NCBI GenBank assembly: GCA_012295275.1
Contig: CM022679.1
Location: 28,272,001-28,336,000, forward strand
Length of the DNA: 64,000 bases
Origin: Chrysomallon squamiferum
Lineage: Eukaryota > Animalia > Mollusca
Reading direction: 5' to 3'
Shown here piece by piece: positions 29,201-44,200 of the stretch. Position numbers and translations under genes: made by a program. The notes beneath the pieces were generated by a model that did not search any database, was not told the DNA's origin, and worked only from the letters and a program-made list of their open reading frames with translations. Each line of letters starts with the position of its first letter. Within the stretch, counting starts at the first letter, position 1.

Positions 29201-32200
29201 AATAAAGATGATCAATGTATAGACATTTGGCTGTTTGATCATTATTACTAAACATATAGGAGCTCAGCCTGGACCAGACTTTTAGTTTGACAGATTGAGA
29301 TTGTTGAGAAATCAATGTTTGAGTTATCCAAGTTTGACTGTATCTTGCTTTTTCAGCGCTGACTGAGGCGCAGGACATCAACATGTTCATGAAGCCTTTG
29401 AGACATCACCTTGAAGATCTGGATCAAGCTGAGGTTGATGAATGCATTCCTTTGTTGGCCCCTCTTCTTCATTGTACCTGTTTAATGTGGGCAAATTCTA
29501 GCTTCTACAACACCCCTGCTAGGATTATTGTGCTCCTCCAGGAAATCTGCAACATGATCATTGATCAGGCATGTATTTCAGCATTAAAGTAAAGTTTCCT
29601 ATAGTATAATAGTTCAATCAAAAAAACAACAACAAATAAAACCCATTAATTACTAAACAGAAAAAAGTAAAAAAAAACCCAAAACCTGTAATGTTTGGAC
29701 AAACAGGTTATAACATGGCTATAATCTTTTCTAATTTGTATGAGGAGATATAAGGGGAAAAACATAATGAATCTTGCTTTTTAAAATATCTTGAGTCCTC
29801 AGTATGTTTATTTAATTTATTTATATTTTTCTCTCTTTAAATATTTTTGTTCCAAAAGAGATTGTTTCTTTTCCATTAATTGAACTTGATTAAGTTATTT
29901 CATTGTTATTGGTGTATTTTATGCTATCAATAATTTGTTAATAGCAGATCCTGAATCAGTATTATCACAAATTGTAGTTTTTATAATCAAACATTTTTCT
30001 TTCTTAGTGCACCCGTTTTCTGGATCCTTTGGAACTTTTTAAAGGAGAGGTTGAGGAGACTGTGGCTAAAGTTCAGAAAGCATATGATGTGCTAGTTGCC
30101 TTTATTAAACTGTATGAAGAGCACAAGACTAAACTGAAGACATACTTCAAAGAGGAAGATACTCCTCTTGAATGGGAGTTTGCACCACAATTGGTGTTTT
30201 CTAGATACAACAAATTCAAGGAGAGAGTAGAATATGTTAAAGTAAGAATTCACTGGTGTTATATCATCATACTAAACATTCATCGCTGTATTTTTTTGTT
30301 TTTTCACACCTGATAATTTACATTAATTATTTTCTTCCATTGTTTATTGTGAAATATTTACAAAATGCTCAACCTGGTTTTAACAAATTTTTAAATTTCT
30401 GTGTTTAATGAATAAGTAGAGCATAGAGAAATATAAATTTATTATATAATAACATACTATGGCTGAGAAATTATTCACTTTCTGCATATTACTTGTGAAA
30501 CTACATTTTATAATGTTGAATGTATCTTTTCAGGATTTGATGGAAACAGCACTGGAATTTATGAAACTTGAGAAAGTTGAGTTTGGTGGTATCAAGGGAA
30601 AAGTTCTCAGTTCTGAAGTGGTGCATATCTTTGAAGAATTCAATGAAGTTTACAAAGTTTTCTCAGAGAGAACTTACAACTGTCTTGATACAAGTAGCCA
30701 GGATTTTCTTGTGGACTACAAAAACTTCTTTGATCAAATCAGTGACTTTGACAGGAGACTGGCTACCTGTATATGCCAGGGTTTTGATGATGCATCTGGG
30801 CTTGAATCAGCTTTTAAGGTAATGATACTACTTTAGATAAAATAAAATAAAATATATAGTCAACATAGTTCAGGGCAAAGTGTGTGTTTATTTTAAACTA
30901 AATTAGGAATTCATTTTTAAATTCTGTTTAAACTGATGAAAACACTTATAAGAAGTTTAATAAATATGTTACTATGTTTAAGTTAATTTGAACTGAAGTT
31001 AGTTGTAACACACACCAAAATAACTCAAAATAAAGAATTTTGTTTTGTGTGCCTCTATGATACATGTATTTAAAACAAAACTTTTAATGATTTTGTTTTC
31101 TCTGTTACCTTATTCACAATTCCCATTTTCAGCTTATACACATTATGGGTACCTTACTGGATCGACCTCTTATCAAAAAGGATTTTGATGATAAATATCC
31201 AATTCTGGTTCAAATGATGAATGACTTATATGATGAAGCAAAGATGATTTATGACAAACAGGTTGAGATCAAACAAAAAACTAACAAGTTTCCCATACAT
31301 AAGAATATGCCACGCGTAACTGGTGGATTAAGATGGGCCAAAGAAGTACGAGACAGGCTAGCCAGTCCAATGTGGAGTTTCAAGCAAATTGAACATCCGT
31401 AAGCTTTAATCTAAGAGAACTGTGTCTATTTGTTTATCTTTGGTATTTGTTTGTCATCCTTCAAAATTATTAATATTCAGTGTTTGAAATTATCTATATG
31501 GGTCATAAGATATGTCACACCATATTTATTATGATCACATATTTATCATAAGCTTTATTTGATTTGTTTAGCACTTTAGCTTCATCTTGTTAATTTTCAT
31601 AAAAGATATAGATAACAAATTCAGTTTGTAGCCACACATTGTTTATCTAAGCACTGTTCTTTTTCCTGAAGAAGATCATAGATTGATATATATATTTTTT
31701 ACTTCCTCAGAATTATGGCTGGTGAAGAGGCCAATCTGGTATACACAAAACATGATGAAATGATGAAACTTTTAGGAGAGTAAGCATTTTAAAATCTTTT
31801 TTACCTATAAATTGAATATCTCTATTTCTTTTAATATTTACTGTATTTTGAATTTTATGATGGTATTAACTGATTCAATTAATTAACTTTTGTTTGATAC
31901 ACAAGATTTAAACAAAAAAATATGTATTTTTTTTTTATTCTGGGGTATTGAAAAATTATTTGATACTTTGCTTACATATTTTTCATATTTGTTATTTTCA
32001 ATTTTAGATGGGATGATCAGCTGTATAAGGAATGGACGCAAGATGTTGATGAAGCTTGTTCTTTCAACCTGTCACAGCCACTTGTCACTCGTAATGCTGA
32101 AGCAAATCTCATTGCTGTTAATTTTGATCCACAGGTATCACATATTGAACATTAAAAACGTTGTCATTTTAAACTTTTTTATTTAGGTAGGTTTTGGTTA

Positions 32201-35200
32201 GGAATAAAAATATGACTAAATAAATTAAGTAACTGAAAATATACACATTTGTTTTATTTGCACTTTATATATATTGCTAAAATATGTTAGATTAGCAATG
32301 TTTATGTTAAAACATATGTGTTAATATATTTAGCAACTTGATATCATGACTGATTTGTCTGTATCTGGATATGAAGAAATATATACATAAACTTTTTTAA
32401 AATGAACTGCACTAAATGGCTAATGTTTTCTTTTTAAATAATCAATATTTTGGAGAATGCTGTAATATGCTGGCATAATCAGTCACGTTAAGTTATCTAA
32501 TTATAGAATCTCAGACTGAATTGGGTGTTTTCTTGCCTGTCATAATTATAACATTAATGTAAAAATATTCAATGTTTTATTTCAAAATGTTTAGTTGGTA
32601 GCAGTACTGAGAGAAGTCAAATACTTGAAAATAAGAGACGAAGAAGAGATTCCACAAAGTGCAGATGCTATATATGAAAGGAATGAAACATTCCGAAAAT
32701 ACCTGGCTAACCTTGATTTGACAGTTCAGTGGTACAACAAGATTAGAAAAACTGTGCTGGAGGTGGAATATCCACTTATTGAAGATCAGCTGAAAGAAAT
32801 TGATCAACAGCTGGAACAAGCTGAAAAGACTCTTAACTGGAATAGTGAAGGTTAATATAACACCTGTTGTAAATTGTATTACAGTATTATTCTGTAAATA
32901 ATGTATGTGCATGAATTTAATGTTTATCTAAGATCCATTTCCATATTAAAACTCATCAGTACTATTGGCTGCAAGTGTCATGTACATATAATTGTTGGTA
33001 ATTGTTTGCTTTATTTTAAATTAGGTGTTTGGGAGTACATTGAAGCAACAAGAGACAAAGTTCATGACCTGGAAACACGAGTGCAGAAAGCCAAGAATAA
33101 CATTGAAGAAATACAGAAGATCATGACAACTTGGAGTAAAATTCCACTGTTTGACAGGAAAGAAGAGAAACATGATTCACTTCTCAATTTAGATGATCGA
33201 ACAGACAGGTTGAATAAACGTTACAATGACATAAAGAATGCTGGAGAAAAAATACACACATTGCTACAGGTCATTATAATTATTTTTATAGATCAACTGG
33301 CAAAATGTGATCAATTAGTGGTCCCTGCTCTGCATTCTAGCATGTTTAATGGTAACATTTAAAGACAAGATTTTATAGACTGATTACTGTATTTTGTGGA
33401 GTATTACTCATAAGTGAGGGTTTTTTTCTAGTCTGAGAGGGGTGATTTATAGAACTTCATGTTGCTGTTTTACCTCTATTGCTTTCAGGCCTACATCTAT
33501 TTCTGAATCAGATTTTGAAAATAAATAATGTTCAAGTTACATATAAACAAGTGTCTTTTTAGATATATTACATATAAATGCAAAAATGATACATGTATAT
33601 ATTTAGTAAGAGACATAGCCCACTGCACAAAAGAACCCATAAACATTTGGGCATTTTACTATCAATATTTGAAGTAATGTACAGCTTAAAACAATGCATG
33701 TTATATATGAACTGGTCCAGTAAAATGTGCAGTCTTGTCCATTGTACATGGGTATATTTTCTACTTGGCAAAATACAGTACTTGTAATTACAGATCATCA
33801 GCAAGCAAAATGATAATACAATTTGCTTTATGTTTAAAGCTGATAAAACAGCATTATGTATAATGTTCTTGTCTTCTCCTATATTTAATTAAAACTTTGA
33901 TACTCAGATTTATTGTAATTTTTGTGATTATCCAAAACATAATTTTTTATTTTTTTTGAATTAGTATTGCAGTGCTTTTAACATACTATAGTATTCTAAT
34001 TTCATTTTTACTTATTTTCTGTTTAATGTTTTGGTGATAAATTATAATTCAAATTTTTGCAGCAAAATCTTGAATATTTCAAAGCTGAACAAGCAAGTGA
34101 TATTTGGAAAGCTTACGTTGACTATGCTGATGAAATGATTGTGGATGGCTTCTTCAACACTATCAATTGTAGTCTGCAGCATCTTCTTGACAATACTGAT
34201 ACAAAGAAAAACCCTGTTCCTTTGTTTGAGGCTCGGTTAGAGCTTCAGGTTCCTGATATGGTTTTTGTTCCGTCCTTGGAATATGGTGTTCCTGATGGTT
34301 TCTATGATCTAGTTGATGGACTTGTTGGAGACATATACAAACAGTCATCTCTTATTCTGAGACTGGCTAAGCATAGTGGTCAGGAACATTATCAGGTTTG
34401 TGTATAGGTTTCACTATGTGATTAATAATATTTCAGGTTTCTTAATTCATGTATACAGAATGACTTGTATCTGAGATTGCTGTATTACTGTCTGATAGTA
34501 CTTCAGGTTTATCTCTTGCCAGATTAAATAGCATTCTGATATCAGTAAAATATCTTTTGTTGTGATTGCTTGTACACATAGTTGTATAACTTAACTGCAT
34601 ATGCTTTTAGAATATATTATCAACCTATTTCACCTTTACTTAAATTTGAATTGAATACTTTTATTTTTTCTTAGCCTGATTTGGAAGAAATGGAAGAGTT
34701 GTCAGAAATGCGTGAAGAGCTGATGCATCGTGTACAGGGAATTATGAACAAAGCTTGTGAATATCGCAACTCTTTTGACAACTATGCCTACCTGTGGGTG
34801 GATGACAGAACTGAATTCATGCGTCAGTTTCTGCTCTACAATCATGTGCTCACAGCAGAGGAAATAGAAGCACATGCTGATGAAGGTGTACCTGAATCAC
34901 CCCCAACTCTGGCTCAGTTTAAAGAACAGGTATAATTTTACAGAGAATCTTAATTTTCAATAATTTATTTCAGTGATTTTAAGATTCATATTCATGTATA
35001 ATAACAAAGACTGGTTTTTAGTTATATTGATAATGTTTGTTTTTTCTTAGATTGACACATATGAAAAGATTTATGAAGAGGCAGAACAAATACAGGGAAC
35101 TGCCATATTTGACTTCTGGTTTCGAGTTGATGCAAAGCCTTTCAAACAAGCTTTGTTAAATATCATAAAACGATGGAGTTTTATGTTCAAGCAACACCTT

Positions 35201-38200
35201 ATTGACCATGTGACTAACAGGTAAATAGATTTGAAAACCCTTTATTACAAAAGAATGATATAGAGTCCATTATGTTTTTATGATCAGATTATAGTGACTA
35301 AGATCCACTTATGAAAACTAAATATTTTGCAAAGGCCATTAAGCTTGTTCACCTGTTATTATACGCTCAGTAAACAAATCATATTACTATTTTTTGTAAA
35401 ATAATTTTATTATATTTCAAACTTGAGGAATTACGCTGACACAAATCACTGGATTGCAGCTCGCTTTGACAACAGTAACTCATCTCACAGTCCAATATTA
35501 AATGGTCTCTGCCAAGCAAAAGTAGTAGAAATGATAAATGATTGTATTTTTAATATTTCAGCTTGAAAGAACTGGCTGATTTCATTAAGGCAACAGATGA
35601 AGGATTAACCAAACCAGTAGAAGACGGTGACTACAAAGGTTTAGTTAATGTCATGGGTCATTTGTTTGCTGTCAGAGAGAGACAGGCTACAACGGATGAA
35701 ATGTTTGAACCTTTAAAACAAACTATAGAGCTTCTGAAAACTTATGATCAAGAGATGCCAGAAGAGGTCCATACCCAGCTTCAGGTAAGACTGTTTTATT
35801 AAAATTTTAATATGATATATAAAATATCATTTTTGTATTTAAGGAAAAAATCAAAATGAAATTTTGATCATTATTATAAATTGGAATAACTGGAATAATA
35901 TGTGAGTGTGCTTCAAATAAAAAGAAACATTTTCTAAATAAATTTCAATGAATAAGTATTTAATTTTAACAATTTTAGAAAAAATTAATTTTAATGGAAA
36001 TTTGTTAGCATTAGTCATAAGTATTCACAAAGTTAGATTCCATTATTTATTAGTAATTTAAATTAAATTTTTTGTTATTGAAATTATTAATATAAACTCA
36101 GAACATTGAAATATTTATACTGTTTGAATAAATATTTGGTTGTTATTTTATAGGAACTTCCTGAACAGTGGAACAACACAAAGAAGATTGCTATAACAGT
36201 CAAACAACAAGTTGCACCACTGCAGGCCAATGAGGTGGCAAATATTCGCAAGAAGAGTGCCACATTTGACGTGAATCAGCATAAATTCAGAGAGAGATTC
36301 CGAGGCATTCCACCATTCAGATATGACTGCGAGAATCCATATGAAATGATTGACAAGGTAACATTTAGAGTATAAATGTTTCTAAATGTATTTTCTTATA
36401 ATATGTTTGTATGTATATTTCAAATCTTCTGTAATTCATATAATGAAATGTGTTTGGATGAAAACAAGACACATTACTAGATATTATTAGAGGTAATGAT
36501 TATAAATATTTGTTGTTAGGTTCTGTCATAAGCTTTATCACTGAATATTTGAAAGATTTTATTAAAAAAACATAGTGTATAAAGTGATTACCTTTGTTAT
36601 AATGAGAATCAAAGGAAAAAGAGATTTTAGTTAGCTTTAACTTATATTATCTGTAATTTGCTAATAAATACCAATTTCTTTAAAAATCTTTAAAAAACAC
36701 AAATAACTAAAAATGTATAAAATAACTAATAGCAAAGATTTAAGTGTCTGACAAGAAACTAAAAAGTGTTGTATCACTGTTGCATATTGAGTTTCCTATT
36801 TAAGAATTAATGTATCAACTAAATACTTTATGCAGTATAATGAAGAAATTGTTACAATGGAAAAAGAAATGGCTAATCTTTTGGACTCTGCTGGCTTGTT
36901 TGAGGTGAATGTTCCTGACTTTAAGCAGCTCAAACAATGTAGAAAAGAAATCAAACTATTGAAGACACTTTGGGATTATGTTATCATTGTGAGAAGTTGC
37001 ATTGATGACTGGAAGACCACACCATGGAAAGAGATAAATGTTGAACAGATGGACATTGACTGTAAGAAGTTTGCTAAGGACATCCGTGCCTTGGATAAGG
37101 AAATGAGAGCCTGGGATACATATATAGGTGTTGAAGATACTGTTAAAAACATGCTGACATCATTACGAGCTGTGGGTGAACTGCAGAACCCAGCAATCAG
37201 AGACCGGCACTGGCAACAGTTGATGGCTGCCACTAAGGTTTATTTATTTACTTTTTACCTGATCAAATTATAAAGATTTTACAGAGCTTAACAAAATGTT
37301 ATGGTAATAGTAATCCAAGTCTTCTTGAATTGATTTCCAGAAATGTCTGAATTGTTTTAGTTTATATCATGCATTAATAAAACAAGCTACTTAGAATATT
37401 ATTAACAACATCTATTAATTACAATAATTGAAATTGAAATTTCTCTTTTCAGAATTGAATAGAATTCTGTTGTATTTTCTCTGTAGTTTAAGCTGAATTT
37501 GTGCTTCTATAATTTCATTACGTTTTAATGTTCAACAATTAGATTACATTCTGATTTTTAAAATTTCAGGTACGATTCATGATGGATGAAAATACAACAC
37601 TCTCTGATCTCCTGTCTTTGAATTTGCACAACTATGAAGAAGAAGTGCGAAATATTGTGGACAAGGCAGTTAAAGAAATGAGCATGGAGAAAGTTCTAAA
37701 GGAACTTGATGTGACATGGTCCACAATGGAGTTTGAACATGAAAAACATCCACGCACTGGCATCACTATGTTGAAAACAAGTGAAGAGTTGATTGAAACC
37801 CTTGAAGACAACCAGGTTGGTGAAATTGAACTTTAAAATCAATAAAATGGTAATACATGGTAATAAGCCACCAAAGAAACTTTATTACTATTTTTATTTA
37901 TTAATTTCTTTATTTGTTAAACAGTTTTAACACTTGATAACCAGTGTCAAAATCAATGACTTTAACCTGAATTTATCTTACAATTTGAATTAATTTAAAA
38001 AAAATTCTGAACTGGATTATGTTAAAATTATTTTAGTAATGCTTTTTATTTGTTTAATAAAATTCAGATAAAAATATGAATGGATTTAATATTGTATTGC
38101 TTACTTCTATTTTAGGTGCAATTACAAAATATGATGACATCCAAGTACATTGCCCATTTCTTGACAGAAGTGTCACAGTGGCAGAAGAGTTTGTCAACAG

Positions 38201-41200
38201 CAGATCAGGTTATCTCCATATACATGGAAGTACAGCGAACTTGGTCACATTTAGAGAGCATCTTCATTGGTTCTGAAGATATCAGAAATCAGCTGCCTGA
38301 AGATTCCAAAAGATTTGACAACATTGACACAGATTTTAAAGTAAAAAAAAAAAAAAAAATTATTTTGTTATGACATTATAAAATATATGAGTACAGAGAG
38401 AAAAAGTCATTGATTGTTTTGAACATAAATAATTTATAGTTAGTAAATGCACTGAAATGTAATTAATGTATAAATATTTACTTTTGAAAACCATTAAGTT
38501 TTTATAAAGTTTATTGAATATTAAAACTAAACTTTCAAAATACTGTACAGTTAATTTCACTCCTAATTTATTTTAAAAATGTTTATTTAAAAGTGAATAT
38601 TTTATTAATATTTTGGTATGTAAGTAAAAATTTTAATTTCAGGAACTGGTTAGCCAAGTGGAACAAACCAAAAATGTGGTCAAAGCAACCAATCAGCCAG
38701 ATCTGTATGAAAAATTAGAGAAAATCCAAGGACAGCTGTCTCTGTGTGAGAAAGCTCTGGCAGAATACCTGGAAACAAAACGTTTGGCCTTCCCCAGATT
38801 TTACTTTGTGTCATCTGCTGACTTGCTTGACATTTTATCCAATGGCAACAATCCACCTGTGGTATGCTTATTTCTGTCCAGTTTTAAATCAGCTTGCCAT
38901 TTTCTTTATATTTCAGGCCTTCTTAAGTTTTTATTCAAAACATTGTATCCAGAATATTTTGTTCCATAAATAAATGATTTTTCTTTTTCTTGTACTTTTA
39001 AAATATTTTTTGTAAGAAGCTGACTGTCAGCAAATGGATACTTTCTTCACATTTTCAGGATTGTTTATACAAAAGGATAATATTACTTTTAGCATCATTG
39101 CTGTAACGTTTCTTTCATTTTTTCACCACTATAAAAAACATTTAAAACAAATGTGTTATTTGAAAATATTTTCTTGTAGGTATCTCGTCATTTAACAAAG
39201 CTGTTTGACAGCATGGCCAGGCTGAAGTTTGATATGGAGGAACCAGATGCATCAGTGGAAAATGCAACTGGCATGTGGAGCAAAGATGGAGAGTATGTTG
39301 ATTTGGATAAGCCATGTGACCTTAAAGGCCAGGTAAAAAAAATTAAAAAAAATAAAAATAATTTTGTGGTGGGGAGATTCCTGACTAAATTTTGAAAATG
39401 GTACACACAACGAGCATTATGGTTGGAAGAAAGATTGGTGTAACAATTTTTTTTTAAATTATATGTTTTTTTGTTTTGTTTTTTTCAGTTTGATTAGCAT
39501 GATAAAAGAAAAAAGATATGTTTGTTAAGAAAATATTAGTTTTTTTATTGATTGCAATTTTAAATGATTGATAGTATTTAGGTGCTAAATCATTCACAGT
39601 AATTAATAACAATGTTCAGATTACAGGATAATTTATGTAGTGAAACTTTCAAACAGTTTACCTTTGTTTTATTCAATTTACTTGTTAAGACTACTGATTC
39701 AAGTGACCAGGCATTTAAAGATTTATAATTAAACTTGGCCAGTAAATATTTTGATTGTGAGAAACTCTGTTGTTAAAGGTTGAGGTTTGGTTGAACCGTC
39801 TACTAGAGACTCAATGTAGTACAGTGCGTAAAGAATTAACAGACGCTGTACAAACATACGAAGAAAAACCAAGAGATCAGTGGGTCTTTGACTTCCCAGC
39901 TCAGGTGGCACTTTGTGGAACACAGATTTGGTGGACCACTGAAGTTAACATTGCATTCGGACGTTTGGAAGAGGGCTATGAAAATGCTTTGAAGGACTAC
40001 AACAAGAAACAGGTTAAAAATTATTTACTAGAAAATGAAGTATTTAAAATAAAAATTTGTTGTCATGTTACAGCAGAAAGAGGAACTATTTAATAAAGAA
40101 AACTTGTAAATTAGGTTTTGTAAATATATACCAGATTTACAGGTACAAAAAGTTAGAGACAACAAGCAAGTAGTTGATTTTTTTTATTATCATCATCTAA
40201 TTATGAATATATATTTTTACTTTTGTTTTCAATTAGATTAATCAACTGAATGCTCTCATCACATTGCTTCTTGGTGATTTGTCAAAAGGAGACAGACAGA
40301 AGATTATGACAATTTGTACTATTGATGTACATGCTCGTGATGTGGTCACTAAACTGATCACACAGAAAATTGACAGTTCCCTGGCATTTGGCTGGCTTTC
40401 ACAACTGAGACACAGATGGGATGACAATGTACATCACTGTTTTGCAAACATTTGTGATGCACAGTTCCGATATGCTTATGAGTATCTGGGAAACACAGCT
40501 CGCCTTGTCATTACACCTTTGACTGACAGGTATATTTTATTGAAGAGATTTCATTTTTCTCCGGTTAAGATTGGAATTAAACTACAGTTCTTCATGTCAT
40601 CTATTATTATGAGATTAAATAAAATTAAGGTGTCATAAAGAAGTTAATTTTTTTTTTCCTGCTTGAGAATGATTATTTTGATCTCATTATTGTTTTGTCT
40701 TCAATGTCCCAGAAACAAAAAAGAGCAAAATTATTTTGAGAAAATCTACAGCAGTGTCTTTAATTTCATGTTCACAGATGCTACATCACTCTGACTCAGT
40801 CTTTGCATCTCATTATGAGTGGAGCTCCAGCTGGTCCTGCAGGAACAGGCAAAACTGAAACAACAAAAGATCTGGGTAGAGCTCTTGGTATCATGGTCTA
40901 TGTCTTCAACTGTTCAGAACAGATGGACTACAAAGTATGTTTTAACATCATAAACAATAATTCATATAAGATTTTCTCCTCAATATGGATTTTTTCATCT
41001 CACTTGTTACTGTAGCTATGATTATACCAATTACAGCTACCAGACAGTCATACCAAGTCTTTTTTTGTTTTGTTTTAAATTAATGTTACCTATAGGCAAC
41101 AGATAACATTGCATACTTTCAACTTGTTTTAGAAATAAATATTTTATATAATTCCAGTCAATTGGAAATATCTACAAAGGTCTGGCTCAGTCTGGTTCCT

Positions 41201-44200
41201 GGGGTTGTTTTGATGAGTTCAACAGGATTGCTGTTGAGGTGTTGTCAGTGGTTGCAGTACAAGTGAAATGTATTCAGGATGCCATCCGAGACAAGAAGAA
41301 GGAATTCAACTTTTTGGGAGAAGTGATTAGACTGAAACCAGAGGTTGGCATTTTCATCACCATGAACCCAGGTTATGCTGGAAGAACAGAATTACCAGAA
41401 AACCTCAAAGCTCTGTTCAGGTGAGATTCTGAAAACTCTCAGATTTCTTCTTGTCAAGAATAAATTGTTGATTTTCACAAATTTGTGGAAATGCAGTAAA
41501 TGCTTCAGGTTATTTATGATTTAATTTTATGGTGATTATTACTTTTATATTTATTGCAAAATAAATGGTAAATAAATTTTTTGTTGTTAATGTGATTGAA
41601 ATGATATAAAAACAGGTTTTTATAAAAATACATTTTAGTATTCATGATCTCTCAGAATTTCCACATTTTAGGCAGTAATGATTTAATCTTTTGTTGATAC
41701 CTTTTGAAAATGTTAAGGACATTTTATTATTTAGGTTTCATGAAATCTCATTCCATTTTCAAGTATTAACGTTTGCTTATATATATTTTTTTTCAGTTTT
41801 AGAGTATGTGTAACATGTTAAAGTACATCCGTAGTAGATTTGAATTTGGCTTCTGTAACTTCAGTTGCCTTTAATGTGATAGCACTTTTAAGCAGATATT
41901 TCTCTGTGTTTCCTTGCAGGCCATGTGCTATGGTTGTTCCTGACTTTGAAATGATTTGTGAAATCATGTTGGTATCTGAGGGTTTCATTGATTCCAGACT
42001 CTTGGCTCGAAAATTCATTACACTGTACACACTTTGTAAAGAATTGTTGTCCAAACAGGTATACATTATGTCTGTTTTTTTTCATATTGATTGTTCATTA
42101 AGTTAATATATTAAAATAAGATGAACTTTATTAAATATCTAATTGTATTTCTTGTGTTTTTTTCAAAGAATACATCTACTGAGAGAGATGTTCAAAAATA
42201 ATTCCTGTCCAATAAGTATTGAACAGAAGGAAATGTAATACAACATACCAGAAAATGCTTTTATAACTGAATGTATAGGGATCTGGAATTCAGAATGGTG
42301 ACTTTCATAGTGGTCAAGAGATTGAAATATTAGTTTTACAAAAATAATTTCATAATGCATCTTATTAACAAACAGTTTTTATTTAAACAGAATGTGTATC
42401 TTCATTGGACTACTTGTACTGTTAAAATCATATTTAATAAAACTTTTCTAGGATCATTATGATTGGGGACTTCGAGCCATCAAATCAGTACTTGTTGTTG
42501 CTGGATCACTGAAAAGAAGTGACAGAGGAAGACCAGAAGATCAGGTTATTTTAATTCTCCATTTAATTTTCATTTTATAACTAGGGTTTTAAATAATTAT
42601 TAAGGTATGATCATTGCATGAACAATATTTTTTTCTTTTCTTCTTAATTTTGCTAGATATTCCTGAGCAGTAGTTAAATCTTGCATTACATAAAAATGAT
42701 ACAGAAGACAAAGCTGGTGTCTCATTAATGCCAAAATCTGAAATTCATGATTAAATACATTAAAAATAAAAAATAAAAATATATATATAAATTTATCATT
42801 AAATAAGAACATTTTAAGTTAATTTTCTAGAGATAAATTATGTTGCTTATCAAAATAAAACTTGGTTCTAATTTTTTGTGGAATATGTATTGATTAATTT
42901 TGAACAAAATAAACATAACTCCATTTATTTGCAGTTCTGAAAACAACCAAAAATTCTACTATACATTGTAACTTTTATCCAGGTTTTGATGAGAGCCTTG
43001 CGAGATTTCAATGTACCAAAGATTATTTTGGATGATATGCCAGTGTTTATGGGTCTTATTGGAGATCTATTCCCAGCCCTGGATGTACCAAGAAAGAGAA
43101 ACTTGGACTTTGAAAAAGACATCAAGAAAGCCACCTTAGATCAGAAATTGCAGCCAGAAGACAACTTTATTCTGAAGGTTGGTACAAATATGATAAATAT
43201 GTACATTTTTACATAGTCTTAAATATTACAAAACAAGGTACAAAGCAGAAGGGAAAAAAAAAATTCTATATATGGATAGAGACTTGGATTCTGACAAAGA
43301 GCATTTAGATATTCTTTAACCTTTTCATTTTTTAAAAATCAAAAAATGTTATTTTGTAATCACATGAAATGCCTAAGTATGTTGTATATAGGTGTTTCCC
43401 ATTATGTTTTACAAAATGTATAGTTTATTAAGTTTTTAAGTGAACATCATGATTTCACTATACAATGTGTATGAACTTTGAATTACATATGTGATGTTGT
43501 TTCTTTTGGCTGTCACTCTGATATATACTCTGCAGATTGTCCAACTTGAAGAATTGTTTGATGTTCGTCATTCAGTCTTTCTACTTGGTTTGGCTGGAAC
43601 TGGAAAAAGTAAAATTTGGAACACTCTACAACGTACATACAAAAACCAGCAGAGAAAACCAGTGGCTATTGATCTTGATCCCAAAGCTGTGACAAATGAT
43701 GAACTGTTTGGAGTTATCAATCCAGCAACCAGAGAATGGAAAGATGGTAAGATGACTGTAATCTTTCAGAGATATGTATGTAAAATATGCTAAAGATAAC
43801 TTTTTAATTCTTGCTTCAGTCACTGCTAAATAATTAGTAGTTCTCTAGCAGCACACTTGCATTACTTGGTTCTGTAAAAACCTCTTGATATATTTATTCA
43901 GTGTTTAATGGAATATAAACTCTTTCACACCATGTTTAAATAGATGTTTGCCAAATCTCATCCTTTTATCCACATTTTTATTTTCAGGTTTGTTCTCTGT
44001 GATTATGAGAGATCTTGCCAACATGAGTGGAGATGGTCCAAAGTGGATAGTTCTGGATGGTGACATAGACCCCATGTGGATTGAGTCACTGAATACAGTG
44101 ATGGATGACAACAAAGTGCTGACTTTGGCTTCTAATGAAAGGATTCCACTGACACCGTCCATGCGGTTGTTGTTTGAAATCAGTCACCTGAGAACAGCTA

